DNA of 64,000 bases from contig NC_042997.1 of assembly GCF_006345805.1 (NCBI RefSeq), positions 15,438,001 through 15,502,000 on the forward strand, in the 5' to 3' direction. Made by a program: the position numbers and the translations under genes. Shown here piece by piece: positions 49,966 to 63,645 of this stretch. This DNA comes from Octopus sinensis. Its lineage: Eukaryota. Position 1 is the first letter of the stretch; every line of letters begins with the position of its first letter. The notes beneath the pieces are model-generated. The model had not been told where the DNA came from. It ran no database searches and saw nothing but the letters and a program-made list of their open reading frames with translations.

Positions 49966-51244
49966 GAGAACGAAGGTGGTAATTCGGACAGTTTATTTGT
50001 AGATAACAAGACTACAAGTAATCAAGATGTTAGACATTTATCAATACTTCTGTTATAGTGATTCCTCAAAGGGAATGCGATTCCTTTAGTTAATTCAGTG
50101 TATATGTGTAGAATTATATGCCATTCCCACTCCACTGTCCAGTTAATGGACAAACAGTTGTAGAACTCCCCGTAACATATTTGCATATGAATCCATCTCA
50201 ATTTCTAGAATTGTTTAACTTATAATATCAAGAGAAAATATATGATAAAACCATTTAAGATTGAGAAAAGCTGTGCATGTGTGTGTGTGTGTATGTATGT
50301 GTGTATGTGCGCACGCATGTGTGTATTTGTGTGTGCGTGCGTGCATGTGTGAACCAGTGTTTATGTTATTGTGGAATGACCAGGGAATAATGAGACAACA
50401 AATTAGTGGAAGCTCAAAGGAGGATTTAAAGAGTTTTTGTTAGCATTAAATTGCTAGATCAACATAGATAAACAGTATAAGCGTTATGTTAAGTAAGCAT
50501 TGCAATCAATGGGTGTAAAAGAATTGCAATAAACCTCTGGCAGACAGACAGAAAACCAATTTTAAATGCTCCATATGCACACTAAGTCAAGAATAATGTT
50601 AATAACCATGGTTACTAAATACCATGCTCTGTGCAAATTCATACTGCATCAAATATTATTATTATGATTCGAGAAGACTACTGCTGACCTGAGTAAGTAA
50701 GAAGCAATGGAGTAAAACGAAATAAAAAAAAATTAAGTTAATGTTTTATCTCAAGTTAGCCCTGATTGAACAGACAATTAGAATGGAATGTGGTGGTAGT
50801 TGGATGCTATTTCTAGCAGGTCGAGTAACCTTGTCGAGGCTGCATCATTAGCGCGAAGGAAGGGAGCATTTTGGATTGCTATGAAAGAAAAAAGAATGAA
50901 GCATCTGACTAATAATAGCAAGAACTATTTCCTCTTTCAAATGAAGAATTCTATATGATACATTGAGTACTATTTCTACTGGTGGTAATCCAACATGCAG
51001 TAATTTTTAAATTTTATTTTGCCATAATACATCACGTTACACTCTTTATTCTAACTACGCTCTGGAAAATCTTGGCTGCCCTTGGAAAGATTCTCATCTC
51101 TGCATTCACCTGTCTCACTTGGGTATCAGCAAAAGAGACAATCAGTTATTCCAATTCCAAGTTCCCCTTCTACCTTTATTTTAATGTATCCGTTGTTTCA
51201 CCACATTCTTAATTGCCCAAAATAAGAGTTGTTAATCAACTGTT

Positions 51245-51622
51245 TCTTAATTCTTTATTGCTACAAGGGGCTAAGCATAGAGGGGACAAACAAGGACAGG
51301 CGGATTAAGTCGATTACATCGACCCCAGTGCGTAACTGGTACTTAATGTATCGACCACGAAAGGATGAAAGGCAAAGTCGACCTCGGCGGAATTTGAACT
51401 CAGAACGCAGCGCCGGACGAAATACCTATTTCTTTACTAGCCACAAGGGGCTAAACACAGAGAGGACAAACAAGGACAGACAAAGGGATTAAGTCGATTA
51501 CATTGACCCAAGTGCGTAACTGGTACTTAATGTATCGACCACGAAAGGATGAACGGCAAAGTCAACCTCAGCGGAATTTGAACTCAGAACGCAGCGCCGG
51601 ACGAAATACCACAAAGCATTTC
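51245..51622 (-). mobile_element. Meta-domain-like SINE dimer with a 5'-truncated head
   Basis: Junction GACGAAATACC|TATTTC at about 51425. Confidence 0.82.
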
Positions 51623-52489
51623 GATGGGAACATGGTATCATCGTCTTCAACATTGCAATAACAACTGCTACACACAACAAGGAAATAGTATTTCACTAGA
51701 CCCCACTCCGCTACACATGGATATTACAATTAAGACTCTCAAAATCGTTATAAAAGCTAGGTCACATCTGCTGCTATTCACCATTTGGGCGGGTGCAGTT
51801 GTTCCATACACAAGTATCGTATCTACAGGATGCTAGTCTGGAATTTCTTCATCGCCAGTTTTTAAAAGAAAAATTTATAATTTATTAACTTTTTTTACTG
51901 TAAATATTGATCTACAAAAATTCAAGCTGAAAAAAGTTACTTCAAAGTCACCAAACTCAGAGAGTCTATAAACGCTAGAGAAGATACTTTTTCTCTCAGT
52001 TATTAATTAAAAAATGTAACGTTCAAGATGTTATAATTTGCAGCAACATTGTTTGTAATCTGATATGTCAATACAAATCTCCAAATCTTTCGAAAATATA
52101 CTACGCTGATTTCCTTTCGAAAACTGATGTGTGCCCATTTGTACAAGAAGGTGGAAAGAACCAGAGCACATAGAATCTTAGTCTTGGATTACATAAAAAT
52201 ACTGTTATTCCTTTTTTTTTTCATATATATTTCAATGACTGAAATACATGTGTAAATATTTTATTGTTTATACAATTCCTGTGAGAATTTCTGATCGTGA
52301 TTCTTCGTTGGTGATACAATTAGTTTACAGTATCAAGTTTCTGTTATTGTGCTGTTATGTTGGCATGTTGCGATTCTGTGTATTCTATTCTATTGTTATT
52401 AATTGTCATCAGTTTACTTTCGTCACTGCTAAATTCCATCCGAATATCAAATATTACGAACTTGGCGTTGCTTATTTTTAGCCAACTGA

Positions 52490-52650
52490 TGTATGGCACA
52501 AGTGAGTTCAAATACCACCGAAGTCTTCTTTACCGTTCATCCTGCCAATGTCGAAAAAATAAAGTACCTGTCAAGTACTGGGATCGATGTAATTGGCTAA
52601 CCCCACTCCGTCTAAAACTGTTGGATTTCTGCCAAAATTTGAAACAATAT
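52490..52650 (+). mobile_element. Old Meta-like SINE fragment
   Basis: GAGTTCAAATACCACCGAAGTC..TTCATCC..AAAGTACCTGTCAAGTACTGGGATCGATGTAAT. Confidence 0.45.
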
Positions 52651-53269
52651 GTCATGAATAAATCATAGGTTCACAATTTTTGCTTTCAAAACATTCTTTT
52701 AAATAAACACAAGCCCATATAATTCATTAACGTTTAAATAACACCCAGTAAATGACTGGTGTTTATTCAATAGATTAATTATTGTGAGGCATTTATTTTG
52801 GTGTTCTATGATTTCTACCGGTTCGCCACCCCATTTTAACAGCATTTATATGTTCCCTTCGGACCATTGTTAACAGAAAATAATTGCAAACGTTAATTAT
52901 TTAATTATATATTCTTTCATTAATATAAAACCTTTAATTTAAAAGAGTTGAAGGAATGAAAAATTAGAATATTAACGCACTTCCAAAATACCGTGTTTGT
53001 ACAAAAATAATTGCGGTTTTAACCATCAATTTTAAAACAATATCTCAAACTAAATTTTATTAATCGAAATATTAACTAGTGAAATCTGCATAATTTTGTC
53101 CACAAGAAACACTTATTTCGGTAGCACTGGATTTTGGAGTTCTGGAATCGATGGAAGCATTTTTGTGCAGTTGTTTGGTTGTTGGAAGTCCTAGTTTTGC
53201 AAAAAGTTACTGAGGTACTTGGAAAAAAATTGGTAGTCAGTTAAGGAGTGATCTATTGAGCACCACATT

Positions 53270-53760
53270 CCAAAGCCATTCTTTCCATTGCCAGAAAATA
53301 TTCTAGCTCCTAACAAGTGCTGACACACTACAAAGCTCAGCTGAGGCTCTCAATAGAATACTTCTCCCACATCAGGGAGAGTTCTACTGCTACTTTCACA
53401 GATATTCCACGCTGCATCAAGAGAAGGGCTACGTAACTAACTGGCTCTCAATCACTAGCAGGAACACTCTAGCTTCTGGTTTAAGGGTGTGCTGTCTCTT
53501 GTCCCTGTGTTTCTGTTGCTACTATAATGGCCTTTGCTCTTCGAAACTGGCTGGTCTCGTATCTCCACCACTCAGGTACGCCAACTCACTCGTCTCTTCA
53601 CCTCTTGTCATCCTTGTTACGGCCAGCACTCACTCGTCGCACTAACCACTAAAGATATCCTTTCTCCCCAGAACATAGTCCCCTGGAATTTTCGCCCGGC
53701 TCATATCTTTCCTGCAGATGATACATTACCAAAAAACTCACTGGTCCCGGAGAGCCTACA
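53270..53760 (+). pseudogene. Decayed CR1/L2-group LINE RT C-terminus
   Basis: LTHYKAQLRLSIEYFSHI..RCIKRRA.. and YYNGLCSS, HP and WN..PAHIFP remnants. Confidence 0.65.
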
Positions 53761-53949
53761 AAAATCATGAGTACAGCCGCTCCTTCCTTCAGGCTTAGAA
53801 AGTTAAAAAAGCTGGGTGCAGTATAGTTGGGTGAAGTAAAGTTAGGTGCGGTATAGTTTCGTATCCCAATTCGTTCAATAACTTTTGCATGACATTAAAC
53901 TGACGTTGTCAATGAATTGGTCCTTTTTTAATGACCAATGCCAGACAGT

Positions 53950-54174
53950 AAATACTCTTTACTCTTTTACTTGTTTCAGTCATTTGACTGCGGCCATGCT
54001 GGAGCACCGCCTTTTTAGTCGAGCAACTCAACCCCGGGACTTATTCTTTGTAAGCCCAGTACTTATTCTATCGGTCTCTTTTGCCGAACCGCTAAGTGAC
54101 GGGGACGTAAACACACCAGCATCGGTTGTCAAGCAAGCAATGCTAGGGGGACAAACACAGACACACAAACACAT

Positions 54175-54217
<43 letters not shown>

Positions 54218-54385
54218 CATATATACGACAGGCTTCTTTCAGTTTCCGTCTACCAAATCCACTCACAAGGCATTGGTCGGCCCGGGGCTATAGTAGAAGA
54301 CACTTACCCAAGATGCCACGCAGTGGAACTGAACCCGGAACCATGTGGTTGGTTAGCAAGCTACTTACCACACAGCCACTCCTGC
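53950..54385 (-). mobile_element. CORE-like SINE, full length
   Basis: Family match. Confidence 0.9.
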
Positions 54386-54596
54386 GCCTGTTGCAGTTCT
54401 TTTTGCATTTTGTCGACTTCCTAGCAATATTTCTCTGCTTTGAGGATTTCGCCAGGATCCAGCTTATCGAACACTATACAGTGACCATAAACTTCATTTA
54501 ATTCAGTTTCGCTTTACCAAAATGTTTTCGTGCGTCACAGCGGTACAGCCACTGCATGGAACACCTTCAGATGTGCAGAACCCATTTTTTGTCTGG

Positions 54597-54981
54597 TACT
54601 TATTCTATCGGCCTCTTTTGCCGAACTGCTAAGTTACGGGGACGTAAACATACCAGCATCGGTTGTCAAGCGATGGTGGGAGGAGGGATAAACACAGACA
54701 TGCAAACACACACACACTCTCTCTCTCTCACACACACATACATACATAAAAGACGGGCTTCATTCAGTTTCTCTCTACCAAATCCACTCACAAGGCTTTG
54801 GTCGGCTCGAGGCTATAGTAGAAGACGCTTGTCCAAGGTGCCACGCAGTGGGACTTAACCCGGAACCATGTGGTTGTTAAGCAAGCTACTTCCCTCACAG
54901 CCACTCCTGCGCGTATAGAATATGTGATTCTTTGGTTAACTATACTGGATTAACTATACTTGAGGAATAGTTAACCAAAAT
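54597..54981 (-). repeat. Local duplicate of 57769-58151 (SINE 5' part plus ~70 bp of flank)
   Basis: Shared diagnostic SINE variants and an identical non-SINE flank. Confidence 0.85.
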
Positions 54982-55416
54982 TGCGCAAAAGATGCACAGA
55001 GCTGACTTCATAGCAGCAATTTTGTCTTATTTTCATCAAGATGAACATCATGTAATTAACTAATATAACTGAAGCTGCTCCAAATAGAAATTGAAACTGG
55101 GTTGTACATCGCTCGCTGAGATTTCTATTACTCCTCTTCCGATCTCAAAATGCATTGGCAGTCACCGCCTACAAGAGCCTAAATGTCACACAGACTCTGA
55201 TTCCTATTTTTCTCAATCACAAATTTCATGCTAAAAGCAGTTTCATTTCATTGGGATTCATCGATTATTGAAGTTTCACCATTATCATTTTTGGTAATTG
55301 GATTATTGTGATTAGAATAGCCAATAACAATATTTTGCTTTAATAACAATCAATTAAATTATGGCGAGTGTAAGATAGACAAATAAAGCAACAACATTAA
55401 CTACAACTGCAAAAGC

Positions 55417-55452
<36 letters not shown>

Positions 55453-55534
55453 CAACAACGACGACAACAACAACAAAAATAGCAACAATGGCCACAATAG
55501 CCAACAACAATGGTAACCAACAATAATGATAGCC

Positions 55535-55568
<34 letters not shown>

Positions 55569-55703
55569 GCAGCAGAAAACAAAACAAGGACAAATATAAC
55601 AAGGTTGAAAATAGTATTTCGTTAATGAACTTGGGAATAATCAGCTCTAAAGCAACAGTTTCATATAGAAATTAAAATTGATAATAACAAGGTTTATATT
55701 ATA

Positions 55704-55734
<31 letters not shown>

Positions 55735-56391
55735 CAAACAAAACGATGTATAATGAAAATATTTCATTAACATCAGCAGTAGCATCATCAGCACTGCATT
55801 TCATTTACACATTAATGAGACAAACAACACATCTCTTAAATGAGATTTGAATAAATCATTAAAATAACAAAACAAAACAAAACAGCAAAATATAAAAAAA
55901 AAAATTATCAATAAATAAAGTAAACTAAAAAAGAAAATATTTATAATGAAAATGAAATGCGTATCATTAAGAATTTTTACGAAAACCGTCAATGGCTGTT
56001 CAAAAGTTCTTGAAGAAAAAAATCACAGCTAATTTTCGTTGCTTATTAATAAACTTACAACTTTTGCTGTTAGAACTTGAAATCGATGATAAGCCCTACT
56101 TCCGGATCGGAACTGAAGTTACATGAAAGTAAAGTTTGTTAGAAAATTAATCAGTGGTGGCTTCGTGGATCTTTCGTTCAACAAGAGGATTTACAAATAC
56201 ATTAAGATCTGGGTTAATGAATAATAGGTGTATAATAAAAAGTAGTACAAATATCTGATTTTAATAATACTCAGAATAACACTCAAATAAAAACTACATC
56301 GGAGCTACGAATTTCTCTTCCCTCCTATGCCTGATTCAGTAGAGTTTAATTACGCATATTTGTAAAAAAAAAAAGAAAAGAATCTTCCGAA

Positions 56392-56759
56392 TCTCTATAT
56401 ATATAAACGGCAAAATGTCTGTCTGTGTGTGTGTCCTTTATACAAATTCACAATTTTTCAGTTAGAGGGCTTGCACTTTCTATGGTCATTCAAAACCGTC
56501 CAAGGGTGGTCGTACAGATCTTTACATTTCCCTAGTCACACTGCAAAGTCATTAAAAAATCAATAGAAGTGACATTTTTGTGAATTTTCTATCCAAAACC
56601 CAATCAAAATGCCTGAAACTTGATACGCCAATTGAATGCCAGCTAGCTGTATGTGATTGGTCAGAGCTTTGGACAGTACTCGCGTGTATGTGTGCACGTA
56701 CGCAGCTGTATATGCATGCACTAGTACTATGACCCGACGTTGCCGGGTCATAGTGCTAG
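56392..56759 (+). mobile_element. Non-autonomous Helitron
   Basis: A|TC 5' end, TGTCTGTCTGTG, 3' hairpin TATGACCCG-ACGTTGC-CGGGTCATA, CTAG|T end. Confidence 0.65.
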
Positions 56760-57490
56760 TCTGTTATAAAATAACTTAGGGTTTCTGTTTGACTTCGGTG
56801 TCTACCATAAAAACGTTCATTAGAGTTAAGCGACGTAGTCTGTTAAAAGATGTTGCAAATAATATATTTCGTCTATCATCGAGTTTTGCTGACAAGTCGA
56901 ACTAAGTCTATATTTCTTTGTGAAAAGTATTATCTTTGATACAGTTCAATAATCTGTCTCGGTCTCTTACCGCAATACAGACAGATGAACAAGAGATATT
57001 TTACGACAAATATGTTACATCAGCAGAAGATTGCGGACTGTTGTCATCTTACTCTTTCAATTGAGGTGAAAACTAGAATTCATCCATTAACGCATATTAC
57101 AATAATCGATTTGATTTGGATATATATTACCATAATACAAATCAGTCAATGCCATAGCTCTGGTGAAAAAAAAAAGCAATAAATAATAATCTTAGAAATT
57201 CCTGATGACGGACAAGATCTATGATATGAATTGTAGGATAGGTTGCAGCCATAGATTAGCTTAATCTGTAATCTTTGCTCTTACTCTATTTCTACATCTC
57301 TTTTATGCTTGATGCATTGCTACTAGCATTGCTAATACTCTAAGAAGCCGCCATCGCCTGTATATCTCATCAAATTACCATCACTCATTTGCAGGAAAAT
57401 TGCTCAGTCCAAAAATGTCAGTCCTAAATGCGTTGACGTATCCTGGCGCTGTTCTACTCCAACTATCTCCAATACATTACTTCACCGCAG

Positions 57491-57618
57491 GCCTCTCATC
57501 GGCGCTACCAGGACTACAACACGACGACGACGACACCACCACCACCACCACCACCACCACCACCACCATCACCACCACCACAAAAAGGAGAACCACATCA
57601 ACAGCAACAGCAACAACG
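57491..57618 (+). CDS. Candidate low-complexity exon
   Basis: Acceptor CACCGCAG|. Reads ASHRRYQDYNTTTTT-P11-SPPPQKGEPHQQQQQQ. Weak donor CG|GTACTA. Confidence 0.2.
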
Positions 57619-57669
57619 GTACTAAAACTACCACAAATTGTCTTCTTATATTTTTTTTATTCTTTCTTT

Positions 57670-58080
57670 TCTTTCTTTAATTTGTTTCAGTCATTCGACT
57701 GCGGCCATGCTGGAGCACTGCCTTTAGTCGAACAAATCGACTGCAGGACTTATTCTTTGTAAGCCTACTACTTATTATATCGGTCTCTTTTGCCGAACTG
57801 CTAAGTTACGGGGACGTAAACACACCAGCATCGGTTGTCAAGCGATGGTGGGAGGAGGGACAAACACAGACATGCAAACACACACACACACTCTCTCTCT
57901 CACACACATACATACATATAAGACGGGCTTCATTCAGTTTCTCTCTACTAAATCCACTCACAAGGCTTTGGTCAGCTCGAGGCTATAGTAGAAGACGCTT
58001 GTCCAAGGTGCCACGCAGTGGGACTGAACCCGGAACCATGTGGTTGTTAAGCAAGCTACTTCCCTCACAGCCACTCCTGC
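57670..58080 (-). mobile_element. CORE-like SINE, full length
   Basis: Family match; probable source of the 54597 duplicate. Confidence 0.85.
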
Positions 58081-59189
58081 GCGTATAGAATATGTGATTC
58101 TTTGGTTAACTATACTGGATTAACTATACTTGAGGAATAGTTAACCAAAATATTAGGTTACAGGAGTAAACTGGTAGTGTTCTGGTTATGTTTTGACTTA
58201 AGCAATAAAAAGTGGTTATGCAGAGATGTCACAATCTTAATCATACTATTATTTAAAGTTACAGAGCAGTTTAGTTGCATGTACTGTAACAATGAAGTTC
58301 AATTGAACCAAAGACTTAACTCTAACACTAAAACAAGCTCACTCAATTAATCGTGTCAGTGGATTAACATAAAAATCAGAACTAATCATTTTATGACACT
58401 TTAATCTCTGATTTTGCGTTTCAACCAGCGAATGTCAGTTAAATTAAACCAAAAATAACGTAGTCATTTTTCAGTTATTTCGTTATCTCCTACATGCTTT
58501 CTTCCCCCTTCCTTCCTTCCTTCCCTCCTTCCTTCCTTTGTTTTCTTTCTTACGGAGAAAACATTTCAATATCAAAAAGGTTTAAGAGCCATATGCCTCA
58601 CGTTTAGACGAATGGAGTGCATGAAGTTCATATAATTCATACAAATACAGAATTAGACACATCACTCAAGACAGTTACAAAAGAACAACAACAAAAATTA
58701 GTTTCAGCTAATACTTGGGAGCACACAGGCCATATTGAAATCTGTATTTAGTATTAGAAAACTGCTGACCAACCAATAGGGACAAGTATAGGAATTATTC
58801 ATGTCTTACAAGTGACGTATGTTGATGCGTATAAGATTAACATTTCTATGAATCATCGTGTTGCGCTATTTAGATATTTCCGAATGCAGTGCCTAAGAAT
58901 TATTACACTTAGCAACAACATCGTTTCATAATATTCAACATAGAATAGCGAACGTCGTAGATTAATAGATAAGATCTCGGAATGTCACTTCGATTATGTT
59001 GCTAATGGTTTTTTACAAAAGAATGAACATCACACAATCTCGTGTTTTGACTTTCTAAGCTGGAAACAAATGTTTAGCACGGGAGCAATCCATATGTTAA
59101 CCCTACAAAAATTGATTTGGTGCGAAGCTAGGAAAAGAAGTATGTTAAAGAAACTAAGTAAACCCTTTGAAAAATCGCAATCAAGAGAA

Positions 59190-59592
59190 TATCTCTTTAC
59201 TCTTTTTTACTCTTTTACTTGTTTCAGTCATTTGACTGCGGCCATGCTGGAGCACCGCCTTTAGTCGAGCAAATCGACCCCGGGACTTATTCTTTGTAAG
59301 CCCAGTACTTATTCTATCGGTCTCTTTTGCCGAACCGCTAATTGACGGGGACGTAAACACACCAGCATCGGTTGTCAAGCAATGCTAGGGGGACAAACAC
59401 ACACACACAAACACACACACATACACACACACACATATATATACATATATACGACAGGCTTCTTTCAGTTTTCGTCTACCAAATTCACTCACAAGGCATT
59501 GGTCGGCCCGGGGCTATAGCAGAAGACACTTGCCCGAGATGACACGCAGTGGGACTGAACCCGGAACCATGTGGTTGGTTAGCAAGCTACCA
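59190..59592 (-). mobile_element. CORE-like SINE lacking about 20 nt of the head
   Basis: Family match. Confidence 0.88.
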
Positions 59593-59891
59593 GAAAATAT
59601 ATACGAGTACAACATCAATTTTCCGGAACATTTAATCCCAAATCATCTCCGGATTACCGTTTTTCCGAACCAGAGAAAGTTACTTCTAAATTAAACAAAT
59701 ATTAAATTAACTTCAATAATTAAATGAAATATAAATACCAGTACATTAGTATAAATGATGCTAGTTTATTAATCATGTACTGAGTAAGGTAACGGTAAAC
59801 TAGTCTGATAGCTTCAGGAATTTGAAGTTCCTGCTCGTACATTCATGCGGATTATAAGAGGTTACAGATCATCAGCATAAGTCGTGTAGTT

Positions 59892-60788
59892 CCAGTATGA
59901 AAAAAGCAGATTAAGCAATAAATACGTTTGTGGATCGAGCATTATTAAACAAACCATCTGCGTGGCTTTAATTAAAGAATTAATTTATTATTGCTTGTTA
60001 CCTTTCCGTGAATGTGATGTCAATGGTTATAGGTTTCCAGTGAGCCAATCCCTGCTTCATGGGTTTTTTTAAATGCATCTTTAGCTGCATTCGCGTCGTA
60101 CCAGTATGAAAAAAACAGATTAAACAATACGTTCAAGGATCGAGCATTCTTAAACAAACCATCTGGGTGGCTTTAATTAAAGAATTAATTAAAGCCACCC
60201 AGATGGTTTGTTTAATAATGTTTGTTTAAAAGGCGGCGAGTTGGCAGAAACATTAGCACGCTGGGCGAAATGCTTTGCGGTATTTCGTCAGCCGTTACGT
60301 TGTGAGTTCAAATTCCGCCGAGGTCGACTTTGCCTTTCATCCTTTCGGGGTCGATAAAATTAAGTACCAGTTACGCACTGGGTCGATGTAATCGACTTAA
60401 TACCTATGTCTGTCCTTGTTTGTCCCCTCAATGTTTAGCCCCTTCTGGGCAATAAAGAAATAAGAAACGTTAGCACGCCGGGAGAAATGCTTTGCGGTAT
60501 TACGTCAGCCGTTACGTTCTGAGTTCAAATTCCGCCGAGGTCGACTTTGCCTTTCATTCTTTCGTGGTCGATTAAATAAGTACCAGTTAATCACTGGGGT
60601 CGATGTAATCGACATAATCTCCTTGTGTGTCCCCTCTATGTTTAGCCCCCTGTGGGTAGTAAAGAAATAAATTAAATAATTAATTTATTATTGCTTGTTA
60701 CCTTTCTGTGAATGTGATATCAATGGTTACAGGTTTCCAGTGAACTAATCCCTGCTTCATGCTTTTTTTTTGAATGCATCTTTAGCTG
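59892..60788. repeat. ~209-bp tandem duplication, second copy interrupted by a SINE dimer
   Basis: CCAGTATGAAAAAA at 59892 and 60101. The second copy resumes at about 60678. Confidence 0.8.
60232..60669 (+). mobile_element. Meta-domain-like SINE dimer with an atypical junction
   Basis: The second unit starts at AGAAACGTTAGCACG (about 60461), not at GGTATTTC. Confidence 0.85.
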
Positions 60789-61139
60789 TGCCGTTCAGAC
60801 GGTCTGAGTATTATGCTGCGTCATCTTCGAAAGCATCAGCTTTTCATTTCATCGGTGAACGGTATACATACTGGGATATATATGTAGCCACTGCATAGAT
60901 ATATAAATGCATTAAATACATACATAGAACACACTGCTTAAATACTAATCTTGAGAAATTAAGCTTTTTAAAACCAGAAAGGAAAAAGCTAATTCGAAGA
61001 CTACAGATCCAAGCTATCACTGGAACTGTAAAAATCTGTAAAACTTTCCAGAAGTTTATCATTTAAATATATATGAGCATGTCTAGATATGCAACTATAT
61101 GCATGAGAATACATACATAAAGCAAAGCATATAAATCTG

Positions 61140-61295
61140 CACATATACATACATACATACATACATACATACATACATACATACATACACGCATACATAC
61201 ATACATACATACATACATACATACATACATACATACATACATACATACATACATACATACATACATACATACATACATACTTACATACATACATA
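61140..61295. repeat. (TACA)n microsatellite
   Basis: Direct reading. Confidence 0.95.
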
Positions 61296-61441
61296 GAAAC
61301 AAAAATACCCTGTTGTTGATGTTGAAATTCCAATGAAGGAGCCTTGAATCTGGGTTGGAAAACGGCTCTTTCTCTATTAGCAAGAAATCTTAAAATAAAA
61401 CTGAACAATGACATACACATATACATACAACCTCAATAAAA

Positions 61442-61690
61442 TGTAAACACAAAAGACCTGATATAATGATTTGGGATAGAGAAGAGGAACTGTGCACATT
61501 TGTGGAAATCAGCTGCCTCAATGAATGTTAACATAAAACGGAAAAGCGGAAAAGATCAGCGGAAAAGAAAATACCTACGGTGAACTATTGAGAAACTTGC
61601 AGTTACTCTATCCAGATTACAAGTTCAGGTTTATACTTGTAACTATTAGGGCACTGGGATATGTAACACACTACCTAAATACCAATTATT
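61442..61690 (+). pseudogene. Restriction-like (REL) endonuclease remnant of an R4/NeSL-type non-LTR element
   Basis: CKHKRPDIMIWDREEELCTFVEISC...TYGELLRNLQLLYPDYKFRFILVTIRALGYV. Confidence 0.75.
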
Positions 61691-62075
61691 CCATTTTTAA
61701 ACTTCTTTCCATTAACATCTCAAATGTAAAAATCTCTTCCCTGAAGACTGAGGCTCGTCTCATCCTATGATGGAATCAATCTACAAACACTATTATGGAC
61801 CGTCGGGCCCCCAGAAACAGCCGTTGGATTTGTAATACTTTTCTTTAACTCCTTTAATCCTCTATATCATTTGTATTATGTTGTAAGTCGAATATTTTTG
61901 TACGTAAACATGTATACATCTTTTTGCATTTCATGTATTAATATAGTAAAACTTTATATATTGATCTGACTAACTTTCTTATCCCTATATTTATTTCTAT
62001 ACCCGCTCAAGTTTAATTCCCTTGAGCACTACTAAATGTATTCTGTACGCAGAATATCGGATTCACACACACACG

Positions 62076-62119
<44 letters not shown>

Positions 62120-62600
62120 CAATCGTGACTGTATATTTCGAAAATCCTTCGACACAGCCTTCTTAAACAAGGATTACTAAGACGAAATTTTCCTTATATA
62201 TAGTAATAATTGATGGAGGGAAGAACTGAACTGAAGTAAAATTAGGGAGAGTAGGGGAAAAGGGGGGGGGGTTAACGTTTTGAATGTACAGGAAAAGTAA
62301 TGTAAAGAGAGAGATCAATAATGGCGAAATTTCAAAGTAAACAGTCAAAATTAATTATGAAAAATATTAATAATAAATATTATTTTAATTCTATAATCAG
62401 TAATGATTACATGTAGTTTGTGTACTTATAATATATTAAACATGCAGTAAAAGAAAATTTAGTTATTTGTTATAGAGTTAAAAGAATAGTTATTGTCAAT
62501 ATTTTTTCATACTTTACGGTGACTATTTATTTTAAAGTTTCGCCGATATTGGCTTCACCCTTTGCATTAATTTTTGTTTATAGCCTAAACTTTCATTCCC

Positions 62601-62671
<71 letters not shown>

Positions 62672-62755
62672 ACATACACACACACACATACAGATTCATA
62701 CCCCATTGCATGTATATGTATGTATGTTTTTTATGTATTTATTTTTATGTCCAGC

Positions 62756-63645
62756 TGGATTGGCAAAAATGTCCGTTCTGATTTTGTCGGCACTAAACTT
62801 CAAATAATAAGTAGCTAATAAGTAGCTAACTGCAGTCTGTTCCTTGTGCTTGCACACTCGTTAGATGTGGAAGCACTCCGTCGGTTCCGACGACGAGGGT
62901 TCCGGTTGATCCGATCAACGGAACAGCCTGCTCGTGAAATTAACGTGTAAGTGGCTGAGCACTCCACAGACACGTGTACCCTTAACGTAGTTCTCGGGGA
63001 TATTCAGCATGACACAGAGAGTGACAAGGCCGGCCCTTTGAAATACAGGTACAACAGAAACAGGAAGAAAGAGTGAGAGAAAGTTGTGGTGAAAGAGTAC
63101 AGCAGGGATCACCACCATCCCCTGCCGGAGCCTCGTGGAGCTTTTAGGTGTTTTCGCTCAATAAACACTCACAACGCCCGGTCTGGGAATCGAAACCGCG
63201 ATCCTACGACCGCAAGTCCGCTGCCCTAACCACTGGGCCATTGCGCCTCCACTACTCGTTAGATATTTGACACTTCAATGTAGCTCGATGCGAAGTTGCG
63301 ACAAGCCAAAACGAAGATTATCGACATCTCATGCTCTTATATTTAAAAAAAAAGGTAGGAAAGAGACAGAAAACTGCAGGAATGTACGTGGTGTTACGGA
63401 ATGTGTATGCCAGAAGTGGTCTGTAAGATTTCAATGCATCTCGCTCTCGTCAACCAACTGAGATTAACAGCAAAACTAGTTCCCGTTATACACCCAAGAT
63501 GATCGCAAATGTTCTCTACATATCCAAATCAAGTGTTGAAAACCATCTGCATCAATTTTGTTACGTCAGAAAGTTCGATGTTTGGGTGCCACATCAATTG
63601 AATGAAGCTAACCTCCCACAACATATTTTCATCTGCGATATACTC
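62756..63645 (+). mobile_element. Mariner 5' remnant (TIR-like end and transposase N-terminus), interrupted by SINEs
   Basis: TGGATTGGCAAAAATGTCCGTTCTGATTTT; VTECVCQKW; IANVLYISKSSVENHLHQ..KFDVWVPHQLNEAN (WVPHEL motif). Confidence 0.7.
62867..63253 (-). mobile_element. tRNA-Arg-like (OR-type) SINE
   Basis: 11-bp TSD ACTCGTTAGAT (62856-62866, 63254-63264). Confidence 0.9.

Noticed and set aside
50980-51200. RTE RT fragment on the minus strand
   Set aside because: Weak similarity only (QVNAEMRIFPRAAKIFQS); it needs a profile search.
61760-61830. Degenerate hammerhead (CUAUGA-UGG..CCA-GAAAC-AGCC-GUU)
   Set aside because: G5 is missing and stem I is poor.
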